36,563 nt of DNA, from positions 148,824,702 to 148,861,264 of the forward strand of contig NC_068982.1 of the NCBI RefSeq assembly GCF_001194135.2, written 5' to 3'. The notes under the pieces were generated by a model. The model searched no databases. It saw only the letters and a list, made by a program, of their open reading frames with translations, and was not told the DNA's origin. Made by a program: the position numbers and the translations under genes. This document shows, one piece after another, positions 10,339 to 21,029 of the stretch (position 1 is its first letter; each line of letters opens with the position of its first letter). This DNA is from Octopus bimaculoides (taxonomy: Eukaryota).

Positions 10339-10540
10339 CAGATCTGTCCATATGATCTTCCTCTTGGTGAGGTGTCATTCAATCTCAGCTCCCTGAGATA
10401 CCAACTTCACAGCTCTTAACTTTCTTCTTTCTTCCTCCTGGTTTTATACATCTGCCTGGAGCATGACCCTCCTCTCCTTAATATCTGCCTTCTTCCATTG
10501 CTGGAAATGGGAAGAACTGAGGAACTGAAACCTTGCTGTA
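10339..10540 (-). mobile_element. HERO/R2-like (RLE-type) non-LTR retrotransposon fragment
   Basis: Minus strand: SSHFQQWKKADIKERRVMLQADV*NQEEERRKLRAVKLVSQGAEIE*HLTKRKIIWTDL. This resembles the post-RT segment of HERO-clade ORFs as I recall it. Confidence 0.7.
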
Positions 10541-11034
10541 TTCTGCTCAAAGAATTCAGTGCAAAGAAAAACAGAAGAGGAGATAGGAAGCATATTTGGT
10601 AACAGATGATGCAAAGCAGTTGGAATAGATAGCCATTATTTTAGCTGCCAAACATTTACCTAAAAGTGTAGTGATCTAGCCTCTGCAGACAGAACCAAAA
10701 CCAACTGTTCTTAGGACAGCTATCTGATAGCAGTCAACCTTTTCTTGCACTTTAAACTGATCTAAATTGAACAAAACCTTACTAAAGCCGGATCTAATAT
10801 CAATTAAGTCTACAGTATATTAGATGAGGTGGAGATTGTTATTGATAGTTATACTTGGTTTTGCACAACTTCCTGGTGAACTCCTTTGCCAAAATGTTTA
10901 ACACTGTGTTGAGCAGATTATGGGTCTTCAGCAGCATCACCAGTTTCTAGCTTGTAGAATTTGGAATGTCCCTGGTCTGCTGCCATCTGTTAACAGACAG
11001 CTGCCAAGAGACAGTTTCGAACAAGTTTGCCATG

Positions 11035-11140
11035 CTACAACAGCAACAACAATGATAACAACAATGATGACGACAACACCACCAACAGCAACAACAACAT
11101 GGTAATGATGATGATGATGATGAGTAACAACAGCAGCAGT
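11035..11140. repeat. Compound (CAA)/(GAT)/(CAG) trinucleotide tract
   Basis: Directly visible. Confidence 0.85.
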
Positions 11141-11311
11141 AGCTTTACAAAATATGATTATAATAAAACATGATAAACAAAAGATATTGTTTTCATCATG
11201 ATCAACCTCATCTCAATTTCTATCCTAATTATTATCATCAATTGAAAAAGAATTGTCATTTCTGGTTGGTTTAGTTGTTGCTTTTGCATTCTTACTGTTT
11301 TGAATTGATTT

Positions 11312-11680
11312 TCAAAACTATCCTGCCCATTACCATTGTGCATTCTTCACCAATTCATCTCTGAGGCCTAACTTCTATGATGTGATCTTATCAATAGACT
11401 GAGGCCTATGTGATTTGTGTCTGAACTGTCAAATTAAAATAACAAAGTGATTAAGGAGACTCACTAGAGGCCAAATGGAAGAATAATTTTCAAAGCTATT
11501 CATAATGGATGCTTGACAGAACAGAAAGGTTGTAGACTACATTCCTTGAAGCAACAGAAGTGGATTGATGTTTATGCATTGTTTTAAACATGTGGTGATT
11601 GCATGGATAGGTGACTGGATTAATGTGTCATAGGTCAACATTTTTAGTGACAATAGGGTATGCTCTTCATCAAGACATTA
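11312..11680. repeat. Direct duplication, copy 1 (about 370 bp)
   Basis: Colinear with 12653-13022 from tcaaaactatcctgcccattacc to gctcttcatc(a/g)agacatta. Confidence 0.95.
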
Positions 11681-11949
11681 GTTTCCTTCTATTTATCAAT
11701 TCTGCTCAAAATATGCACAAACTTCACTTCACAAGTAAGGGATTTGCAGTTAGTATGGGAAATAGCATTTAGGTGAATAATCTTTGTTCCAAGAACCTTG
11801 GGTCTAAAGTATAACATTTCATCAATCCATGCTGTTAATCTGAATTTTAATATTTGTGATACTTCTAAGTATTACTTTGAATCATAATATTTTTTTCCAC
11901 CATTTTTATCAAAAGAAGCAAGGTGTAAAATAATTGGTTTAAAACTTGG

Positions 11950-12140
11950 ACACAAGGCCAGCAAGTCTTGCGGGAGGGGGTAATTCGATAACATCGACCC
12001 CAGTGCTCAACTGATATTTATTTTATCAACCCTGAAAGGAAGAAAGGCAAAGTCAACCTCAACAGAATTTGAACTCAGAACATAAAGACAGACAAAATGC
12101 TACTAAGCATTTTGCTGGGCATGCTAACGATTCCACCAGA
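11950..12140 (-). mobile_element. tRNA-derived SINE family C with 17-bp flanking direct repeat
   Basis: atcgaccccagtgctcaactg...aaaggcaaagtcaacctc...aatttgaactcagaac; aaggtgtaaaataattg occurs at both 11920-11936 and 12150-12166 (TSD-like). Confidence 0.8.
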
Positions 12141-12652
12141 CACTATTTTAAGGTGTAAAATAATTGAAATAAAATAATAATTAATTAATTAGTTAATGCA
12201 TTATATATTACTATATTGATCAAATAACAGAATTTAATGATCTTAATCTTTATGCATAGCATCTTATAACCTTAGACAAAGTAAAACATTTGTAGTCTAT
12301 TAAACCGAAAAATAAAGACCACCTACACTTTATTGTTGAGTAATGATATCCTAGTCTCACTCTTCCATGAAAGGCAAAGAATTTCATAAACTTGAATATC
12401 TGTTTGTTGTTGCATATAACAAATTTAAGAATTTTGCATATTGTTTGGAAAATAGATTTTACAGTTAAGTAGTTTTCATCTGTGAAATAAAAAAAGACTG
12501 AGTCAGACAAAGTTATGAACTTTCCTTGCAGTTCAAGCCTTAGTTGCAAAAAATATTATCAAAAATGAAAATATGTTTCAAATATCAAAAATATATAGAA
12601 ATAGTAATTATTCATGAAACTATACCTGAACCATACAGGTAGCCTACACCAA

Positions 12653-13022
12653 TCAAAACTATCCTGCCCATTACCATTTTATATTCTTCACCACTTCATC
12701 TCTGAGGCCTAACTTCTATGATGTGATCTTATCAATTGACTGAGGCTTACGTGATTTGTGTCTGAAATGTCAAATTAAAATAACAAAGTGATTAAGGAGA
12801 CACACCAGAGGCCAAATGGAAGAATAATTTTCAAAGCTATTCATAATGGATGCTTGACAGAACAGAAAGGTTGTAGACTATATACCTTGAAGCAACAGAA
12901 GTGGATTGATGTTTATGCATTGTTTGTGGTGGCTGCATGGGTAAGTGAATGGATTAATGTGTCAAAAATCATGTAATCAGAATTTATAATGACAATGAGA
13001 TATGCTCTTCATCGAGACATTA
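12653..13022. repeat. Direct duplication, copy 2
   Basis: See copy 1; offset about 1341 bp. Confidence 0.95.
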
Positions 13023-14065
13023 TTCAAGGAATATATTTAAAGTGAAGTATGAATGATTCCAAGTAGAGCATAACATATGTCTATGACATACCAGTGATAC
13101 TATATAATATTATTTTGCAAATTAAAGATTGAAGGTGGATAACATTAAATAATAAAGCAATAAAATAGAGATTCTAACATAGGCAAATGCAATAAACTTT
13201 TGTGAGAAGGGGAAACTGACAATATTAACCCTAGTAATCAACTGGTACTTACTATATTGACCCACAAAAAAATGAAAGATAAAGTTGCACATAGAAGATC
13301 ATAGCTAAATACATTCCACTTTACCTACTTTACCAATCTGTCTCCCTACCAAATCAGATTAATAGGCTGAAGAATTAAAGAAAAATAATATCTAGTAAAT
13401 TCTGAAATAATATTACAGTAGTCATAATGATATTATATAATAATATTTAATAAGCATCAATGATTCTCGACTTAACATTAGTTTTATATAATGCTTTAAC
13501 ATTAAAATGAAGGAAAACTATTATTAGCAATTGTAGCATTTATAAGAATCAATTAAATATAAGAACAAGACTTAACCTTTACTGTAAAACATTTTCTAAT
13601 CCTGATATTTCAGCTAAAAGTGACTCAAATCATAGGTGAAGTGAGCAGGAGGAACATATTAGTTTGTCAGTGTACTTTGTCTAATTAATTGCACATTCAG
13701 ATAAATACCTTTAGTTTATGTAATTGCTAACATCTACTGAGGTTATTTCTCACACTACTAATTTATAGACATAACACTTATAATAAAAGTATTCTATATG
13801 AAACAAAAAAGCTAGACAAAGAACCACAAGAATATAATTAATACTTTTGGCTAGTCAAATACTCTTTAGAATGCAATAAAATATTTCACATGAAACTAAT
13901 AGGCAAATGATTAATTGATTATTCTATGGAGAAAATCTGAAGTAATCATAATACATATTTACTGAGACAACGACATATACACTAAATATGTAAATAGTCA
14001 TCTGCACTAAAATCAACATGAAAACATAGCTTTTGTATATTTTCTATTGAGAGCAGAGGCCATTA

Positions 14066-14624
14066 TATGAGATCCAGTCATAAAGTATCAGGACTGGTGT
14101 TATAAAAAGAAAACTACAACACAAACCAATTTGGCATCTAATCTTCTTCGAAGCAGTTCCCTTCTGAAGCCAGCATCGTTTCCATTATCCAGCCTCATTT
14201 CCATTGATGGATGCATTCCTAGAATTCCATTTTTTTTTTTTTNNNNNNNNNNAACAGCAGGCAGCTACCTTGTCACATTCTCTTGGATTTCCTCAATGTC
14301 TTTAAATCTTGTCCCTTTCAAGTGGGATTTGATTTTTTAAAAGATTCTTGGCCATGATAACCCTAAAGTTCTCATTTTCCACACACACACGTTTTCTCTA
14401 CTGTTGTTACTGATGGAACTTCTGTGGTGTGATGAAATGACCACACTCTACACACTGTAATTCCAAGCACTGCTATAGACGATGGAAGTGAGTGAGAACA
14501 TTATAACTTAGTGTACATCTGCACTAGTGTTTAAGGTCAATTTGTGCCAAGTGGCTTCACTATGCATACTTTAGCTCCATTACCACAGCAACAGTTCTGA
14601 TACTTTTTGATTAGACATCATCTA
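14066..14624 (-). mobile_element. Internally deleted mariner element with both TIRs
   Basis: TIR tatgagatccagtcataaagtatcaggactg at 14066 and inverted acagttctgatactttttgattagacatc at about 14591-14619. Minus strand KIKSHLKGTRFKDIEEIQENVTR*L...EF*ECIHQWK*GW...LASEGNCFEED* is the mariner C-terminus. Confidence 0.85.
14243..14252. other. 10-N assembly gap after poly-T
   Basis: N run. Confidence 1.
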
Positions 14625-16169
14625 CATGAAAAGGAGCATGAATTCACAAACATGAACATATAGGCATTTGCATGGTCATGGGGGCCTAACATGTTTCCTT
14701 CAGGACAATATATTTTCAGGTTTGGTACTACTGCATGGCACCAATACCACATGAATAAAATTTCGTACACAGAAACTGTGAATATATACACTGGAAAAAG
14801 CTGAAGATAGGAAGAATAAAGTTTACATACGCACCTTTATGTTAAGCACAAACATTTCAACATAACATTGTGGAAACACTATGATGTAGCAGAGAGCTTC
14901 CTTCATTTAAGCTTATTAGCTAATTAAAACCAGATTATTTCTATAATAAATTTTTCCCATCCTATCACAGATATTAATGAAAGACTTCCCTGGTATGAGT
15001 ATAAAGCATTTCACTATTGGTCTCAATGTTCTGAAAATTTCCTTTATATTTGTTAATATCTTCTATCATATCTATTCAGCTGGGTTTTCTTTCACTTCCA
15101 TTGGAAGCAGATTTTCTATATCATATGCATTTCTTTTCAGCATCCTCTTGTACTAGAAAGGTCGTTTTTTTTTTCCTTGTTACAGAAGTGCTTTTCTCCG
15201 TAATGATATCTTGATTGATTGCTATACACTTCCTCACAAGTTGAAACCCTTCCCATCTCAATGTATTGAACATCTAATACTCCCAGTTAAGTACACCTAT
15301 TGTACAGCTTTCATCCAATCCCCTTAACATGGCTCACTCCCTTCATTTTTCTTCTAATCCTTCCAAGTGTGTCAATTATCTCATATTGTGTTATCTAATG
15401 TAACAGTACCCCTGTTTTGACATTCTTTTTTTTTTCTTTCTTTCATTTTTTTTTTTCTTTGCAGATAACTTTCCAATACAAGGCAACATCATTAGTAACT
15501 GAAAAAAATAATTCTTTCAAACAAGTCTTTATTTTTTTTTTATTTTTCAATAAACAAATAATATAATAAAAAAAAAACAGTAACAAAAATAATCAAATTA
15601 TGCCATTTGATATTTTTTGCCATAACTTGGTTATTTTAAAACAGTGAAAGAAATGTACAGATTAAGTAGAAAAAGTCAAGAAGAAAATTTGCAAAAATTT
15701 CACAGCTGCTTGGAGATTTTATCTGAGAAGGAAATTGGATCTATACTAGTTGAATTGAAATAATTGTTTGTTCTTTGTCACTGATTATTCTATATTCACA
15801 AGTATAACTAGAGATGCATACAATTTCGTCCACCCAGGGCTTTTGCATACCTTGTGTTTTTTTTCCTTCCTTTGATTGTTGTAAAAGAATGCTAATAATC
15901 AAGGCCATGTAAAAATTCCACAAAGAAATGGCTGGGTAGTATTAATTTATTTGTTGTGAGTTTTAGATAATCAATTATATCCAGCTTTAAATTTTCAAAA
16001 ATTTCAATTTCTGTTTTTCTAAACAACTTCCGATGAGGCATGTCATGTGTTTTAAGAATCTTGGAGAGAGCCAAGAAACTTGAAATATGCAAATTCATTA
16101 ATAGCCATGTTGTTTGTCAAATATCTAAAGTTATCAACCTAATTTTTTATCTCTTGCTACAAATGGAAA

Positions 16170-16345
16170 TCATCATCATCATTATCTACCTTTAATGTCC
16201 ATTTTCCATTCTGGGATGGGTTGGACAAAGTTCCATAGTCTGTTTTGGCTTGGTTTCTATAACTGAATGCCCTTCCTAACACTAACCACTTTTACAAAGT
16301 ATACTGGGTGCTTCTTACATGGCACCATCACCATTGCCTTTTATG
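16170..16345 (-). mobile_element. Family B RTE-like 3' fragment
   Basis: tttaatgtccattttccattctgggatgggttggac...gcccttcctaacactaaccactttac. Confidence 0.75.
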
Positions 16346-16356
16346 TGGAACCATAA

Positions 16357-16487
16357 TGATTCATGACTTCGTTGTTTTTAGTATAGTCCCACTGTGAGAC
16401 ACCTTGAGCAACTGTCTTCTACTATAGCCTCAAGCTGACAATGCTTTGTGAGTGTATTTTGTAGATTCCCCTCACACACACATGCAT

Positions 16488-16548
<61 letters not shown>
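16357..16548 (+). mobile_element. SINE family A head fragment followed by (CA)n
   Basis: agtcccactgtgagacaccttgagcaactgtcttctactatagcctc; near-identical inverted copy at 20369-20487. Confidence 0.8.
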
Positions 16549-17426
16549 NNNNNNNNNNNNNNNNNNNNNNNNNNNNNNNNNNNNNNNNNNNNNNNNNNNN
16601 NNNNNNNNNNNNNNNNNNNNNNNNNNNNNNNNNNNNNNNNNNNNNNNNNNNNNNNNNNNNNNNNNNNNNNNNNNNNNNNNNNNNNNNNNNNNNNNNNNNN
16701 NNNNNNNNNNNNNNNNNNNNNNNNNNNNNNNNNNNNNNNNNNNNNNNNNNNNNNNNNNNNNNNNNNNNNNNNNNNNNNNNNNNNNNNNNNNNNNNNNNNN
16801 NNNNNNNNNNNNNNNNNNNNNNNNNNNNNNNNNNNNNNNNNNNNNNNNNNNNNNNNNNNNNNNNNNNNNNNNNNNNNNNNNNNNNNNNNNNNNNNNNNNN
16901 NNNNNNNNNNNNNNNNNNNNNNNNNNNNNNNNNNNNNNNNNNNNNNNNNNNNNNNNNNNNNNNNNNNNNNNNNNNNNNNNNNNNNNNNNNNNNNNNNNNN
17001 NNNNNNNNNNNNNNNNNNNNNNNNNNNNNNNNNNNNNNNNNNNNNNNNNNNNNNNNNNNNNNNNNNNNNNNNNNNNNNNNNNNNNNNNNNNNNNNNNNNN
17101 NNNNNNNNNNNNNNNNNNNNNNNNNNNNNNNNNNNNNNNNNNNNNNNNNNNNNNNNNNNNNNNNNNNNNNNNNNNNNNNNNNNNNNNNNNNNNNNNNNNN
17201 NNNNNNNNNNNNNNNNNNNNNNNNNNNNNNNNNNNNNNNNNNNNNNNNNNNNNNNNNNNNNNNNNNNNNNNNNNNNNNNNNNNNNNNNNNNNNNNNNNNN
17301 NNNNNNNNNNNNNNNNNNNNNNNNNNNNNNNNNNNNNNNNNNNNNNNNNNNNNNNNNNNNNNNNNNNNNNNNNNNNNNNNNNNNNNNNNNNNNNNNNNNN
17401 NNNNNNNNNNNNNNNNNNNNNNNNNN
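16549..17426. other. Assembly gap (878 N) between (CA)n and (TA)n
   Basis: N run flanked by microsatellites. Confidence 1.
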
Positions 17427-17461
<35 letters not shown>

Positions 17462-17503
17462 CATATATATATGTATATGTATATATATGTATATATACAT
17501 ATG
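17427..17503. repeat. (TA)n/(TATG) microsatellite
   Basis: Directly visible. Confidence 0.95.
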
Positions 17504-17886
17504 GTGGCCATCAATTTGCTTTCAGACATAACCACTTTCTTATTTCAGACATATGCCTGTCACAGTTTTGATAGGTTTCCTGCTATGGGCCCTCAGACTA
17601 CTGCCTAACCCTGGTTTTCTTTTAAAATTTTCATAACAAATGTAGTACATAATTTTGTCAAGAATGCCACTAACAGTGACACCCTATTTGTGATATGTCT
17701 AAAATGAATTCTCAGTTCAGTAGTAGAACAGCACTCCTTCTTGATACATGGATGACAGCAATCTGGTGAGGCTCTTGGAGCTGTATGCAAATAAGCAGCT
17801 TCTGTCTAAGGTATATAGCTAAACAATACCAGGAAGTCTTTTATGTCTGACATAGAATGAAGGTTTAGTTGCACACACACACAAAT

Positions 17887-17930
17887 AGAGAGAGAGAGAA
17901 AGAAAGAGAGATAGACAGTTGGACAGACAC

Positions 17931-17974
<44 letters not shown>

Positions 17975-18005
17975 TTAGATACACATATACATACATATGT
18001 ATATA
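17887..18005. repeat. (GA)n and (GATA)n microsatellites
   Basis: Directly visible. Confidence 0.95.
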
Positions 18006-18274
18006 TAGGTTGTAAGTAGATAAACACATTTAGACTTGAATCATAATTTAAATGAAGCACAAAATACAGATGATAAAAGAAAAAAGTTATTTAAATTCTT
18101 ATCTCAACAACTGTTTCATGATAGCCATAACTCATGTAATAACCATGATCCTTACAAATATGAGCACCTTGTCATAGATGTGTGACCAGTGACAAGTCTA
18201 GATGAAATGTAATTGTTAATGTAATTTAGGGTTTCCAACTTACTTTAACAACTTCATCTGGTTTCACACTTATG

Positions 18275-18655
18275 ACTACATGCATATGTATGTATGTATG
18301 TATGTATGCATGTATGTGTGATGGGATTCCACACAGATTTAGCATACTAAATCCTTTTGCAGGGCATTGATTGGTCTGAAACTTTAGTGGAAAACACTTG
18401 CTCAAGGTGTCACACACTGAGACCGGAACCATGCACAACACACACATAAACCTACATAAACATACATACATACATACATATATACATGCATGCATGCATA
18501 CATACATAGTGACATACATTCATACATACATAATGACATCCATACATACATATGTGCATGTGTATGTGAGCATATATGTGTGCATGCATGTGTCAGTGTA
18601 TATTTGTGTGTGCATCCATGCATGCATGTATGCATGTGTGTGTGTGTGTGAGATG
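18275..18655. repeat. Complex (TATG)/(CATA)/(CATG)/(TG) microsatellite field with a small SINE A remnant at about 18380-18432
   Basis: Directly visible; remnant aaaacacttgctcaaggtgtcac...ccggaaccatg. Confidence 0.85.
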
Positions 18656-19163
18656 CTATAGTGTAATGTGGTAAACACCAGCAAATCATTTCCCCCAACA
18701 CCTTTTTAATTCTCGATTTAGCCATTGCATATATTCTTGATGTTTTTTTCTTGGCAGACAATGTAAATAAATTAAGTTGTTTTTATTCATGGTTGGCACA
18801 TAATGTATATTTGTAATGTCTGTATACATAGGAAAGAATGCTATCCAACTAAAAAGATCTATTACTTTTCAATTTCATTGGATTGAGTATCTCCTATGTA
18901 CACAAACATTACAGATAGATCAATGGGATATTATTAGACTTGTGATTATGTATATCTTTCTTCTGCATGACTATGACCATAGTAGAATACCATCTTGAAG
19001 AGTTTTAGTCAGACAAATCAGATCCTGTACTAATTTTTATGGTTTGGTACTTATTCTATCAGTTTCATTTTCTGAACAACTAAGTTATGGGGATGTAAAC
19101 GAAATGACACCTGTTGTCAAGCAGTGGAGGAGGGTGCAAACACAGACAGAATCACACACACAC

Positions 19164-19698
19164 AAGCAATATCTGGAATCAAAGAGCCTTAGAGTTAATT
19201 TAGCAAAGAAAAAAGTATTGGTAAGTAGGAAAAACAGACAAATCACAGATCCCTTCAAGGAGATGGCCCTGCTCAATATGTAGAAAAGATGTTCCCAGTG
19301 CAAGCTATGGACACATAAGAGGGGCAGCATTATTGCTGGATGACTAACGGAGAAGGTACTCTTTACATATGGCAGATGTGCAAGTATACTAAACATCAGG
19401 AATACACAAAAAGTAGACCCCCGCCTCATATGTCAGTGGGGATCCCTAGAAGTAATAGACAGTTTCCATTAGTTATGTTACCAAGTCAGTAGTTGGGGTG
19501 GTTATTCTGAAAGCATAGCTGCTAGAATAAGAATAAGGTGGGTGAAGTTCAGAGAGCTACTACCTCTGTTGGTAACAAAGGGCCTCTCCATTAGAGTGAA
19601 AGGGAAATTGAATGATGCCTGTGTATGAACAGCTATGCTGCATGGCAGTGGAACATAGGCTGTGACTACTGAGGATATACGAAAACTTGAAGGAAATG
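19164..19698 (+). mobile_element. RTE LINE internal fragment (late RT, degenerate PHD-like insert)
   Basis: KQYLESKSLRVNLAKKKVLVSRK...RWPCSICRK..CSQCKLWTHKR...LEVIDSF...ARIRIRWVKFRELLPLLVTKGLSIRVKGKL.DACV*TAMLHGSGT; homologous to 25750-26050. Confidence 0.85.
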
Positions 19699-19992
19699 GG
19701 TAAAGTCATTTTTTTTCCGTCCTTGTTTTCGTATACATTTGCTGCTTTCTTCCAAGGAATCTAACACTCTTAGCTTAGTTTTTCCTTGGGGCTGGCGAGG
19801 TTGGAGCAATCTCGAGTATAACCAGCTGAAATTGCAAAGATAATCTGGAACTTGACTGAGGAAAGAACACTCCAAATGACCCTTCTTTTTTTTCTTTGTA
19901 TCATCTATTTGGATGTTTTGTTGTCCCATTTTTGTATCACCTAACTGTCTGGATGTTTTGCGTTCTTGTCCCATTTTGAATTTTTATATATA

Positions 19993-20340
19993 CTGGGTGT
20001 GTGGTAAGTAGCTTGCTTACCAACCACATGGTTCTGGGTTCAGTCCCACTGCGTGGCACCTTGGGCAAGTGTCTTCTACTATAGCCTCGGGCCAACCAAA
20101 GCCTTGTGAGTGGANNNNNNNNNNTTGTGTGTCTGTTTGTCCCCCCAACTTTGGTTGACAACCGAGGCTTATGTGTTTACATACCCGTAACTTAGCAGTT
20201 CAGCAAAAGAGACCGATAGAATAAGTACTAGGCTTACAAAGAATAAGTCCTGGAGTTGATTTGCTCGACTAAAGGCGGTGCCCCAGCATGGCCGCAGTCA
20301 AATGACTGAAACAAGTAAAAGAGTAAAAGAGTAAAGGAGT
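19993..20340 (+). mobile_element. SINE family A, near full length (10-N gap at 20115-20124)
   Basis: Very similar to 9522-9947; tail gtaaaagagtaaaagag. Confidence 0.88.
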
Positions 20341-20368
20341 ATATGTGTGTATGTGTGTGTGTGTGTGG

Positions 20369-20513
20369 GTGAGGGGCATCTACAAAATACACTCACAAAG
20401 CATTGTCAGCTTGAGGCTATAGTAGAAGACAGTTGCTCAAGATGTCTCACAGTTGGACTGTACTAAAAACAATGCAGTCGTGAATCAAGCTTCTTACCAC
20501 ACAGCCATGCCTG
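20369..20513 (-). mobile_element. SINE family A head half, inverted
   Basis: gaggctatagtagaagacagttgctcaag...aagcttcttaccacacagccatgcc. Confidence 0.8.
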
Positions 20514-20911
20514 TGTCTGGTTATTAATTGAAAGTAGCTGCTTAATTAAAGACAGAATGCAAAACCCAACTCTAACGTTCTATGAGTCTTAAAAATACAA
20601 TAAAGGTAAAACATAGGTAACAATTTCAAAATATTAAGAATCACTTTCTCTGAAAATTACGATTTCATGTGAAGAGAATGGATATTCGTTTTGGCTGGCA
20701 GGACCAGTGACAGCTAGGAACATGTTTCTGTATCATTACAACTCATCCCCATAGCATAATCAAAGTATCAGAAAATAAATCCCCAACTTGTCTGAATGTT
20801 AACTGAAGTTCACAACTGAATATTTGTAGCAGTTTTGAAATATGATGTGTATTGGTGGTGCTTTATGACATGCAGTTTATTGGTGTTTCTGTGTTTACAT
20901 TGAACTGGTGT

Positions 20912-20922
20912 GTGAGAGAGAG

Positions 20923-20963
<41 letters not shown>
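20912..20963. repeat. (GA)n microsatellite
   Basis: Directly visible. Confidence 0.95.
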
Positions 20964-20965
<2 letters not shown>

Positions 20966-21029
20966 AACATCAACCAACATCTTCCTTGTGACTATATATC
21001 ACACAACCACATATACATTACACCCCACC

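Noticed and set aside
14125-14240. Attractive exon-like frame GILGMHPSMEMRLDNGNDAGFRRELLRRRLDAKL
   Set aside because: It is an alternative frame of the mariner transposase C-terminus inside TIRs.
15892-16098. 68-aa minus ORF with faint resemblance to a LINE RT (HDMPHRKLFRK) or a terminal exon
   Set aside because: The similarity is too weak to call by eye and no neighbouring RT motifs could be found.
16378-17608. 342-386 aa ORFs
   Set aside because: Artefacts of translating through the 878-N gap and flanking microsatellites.
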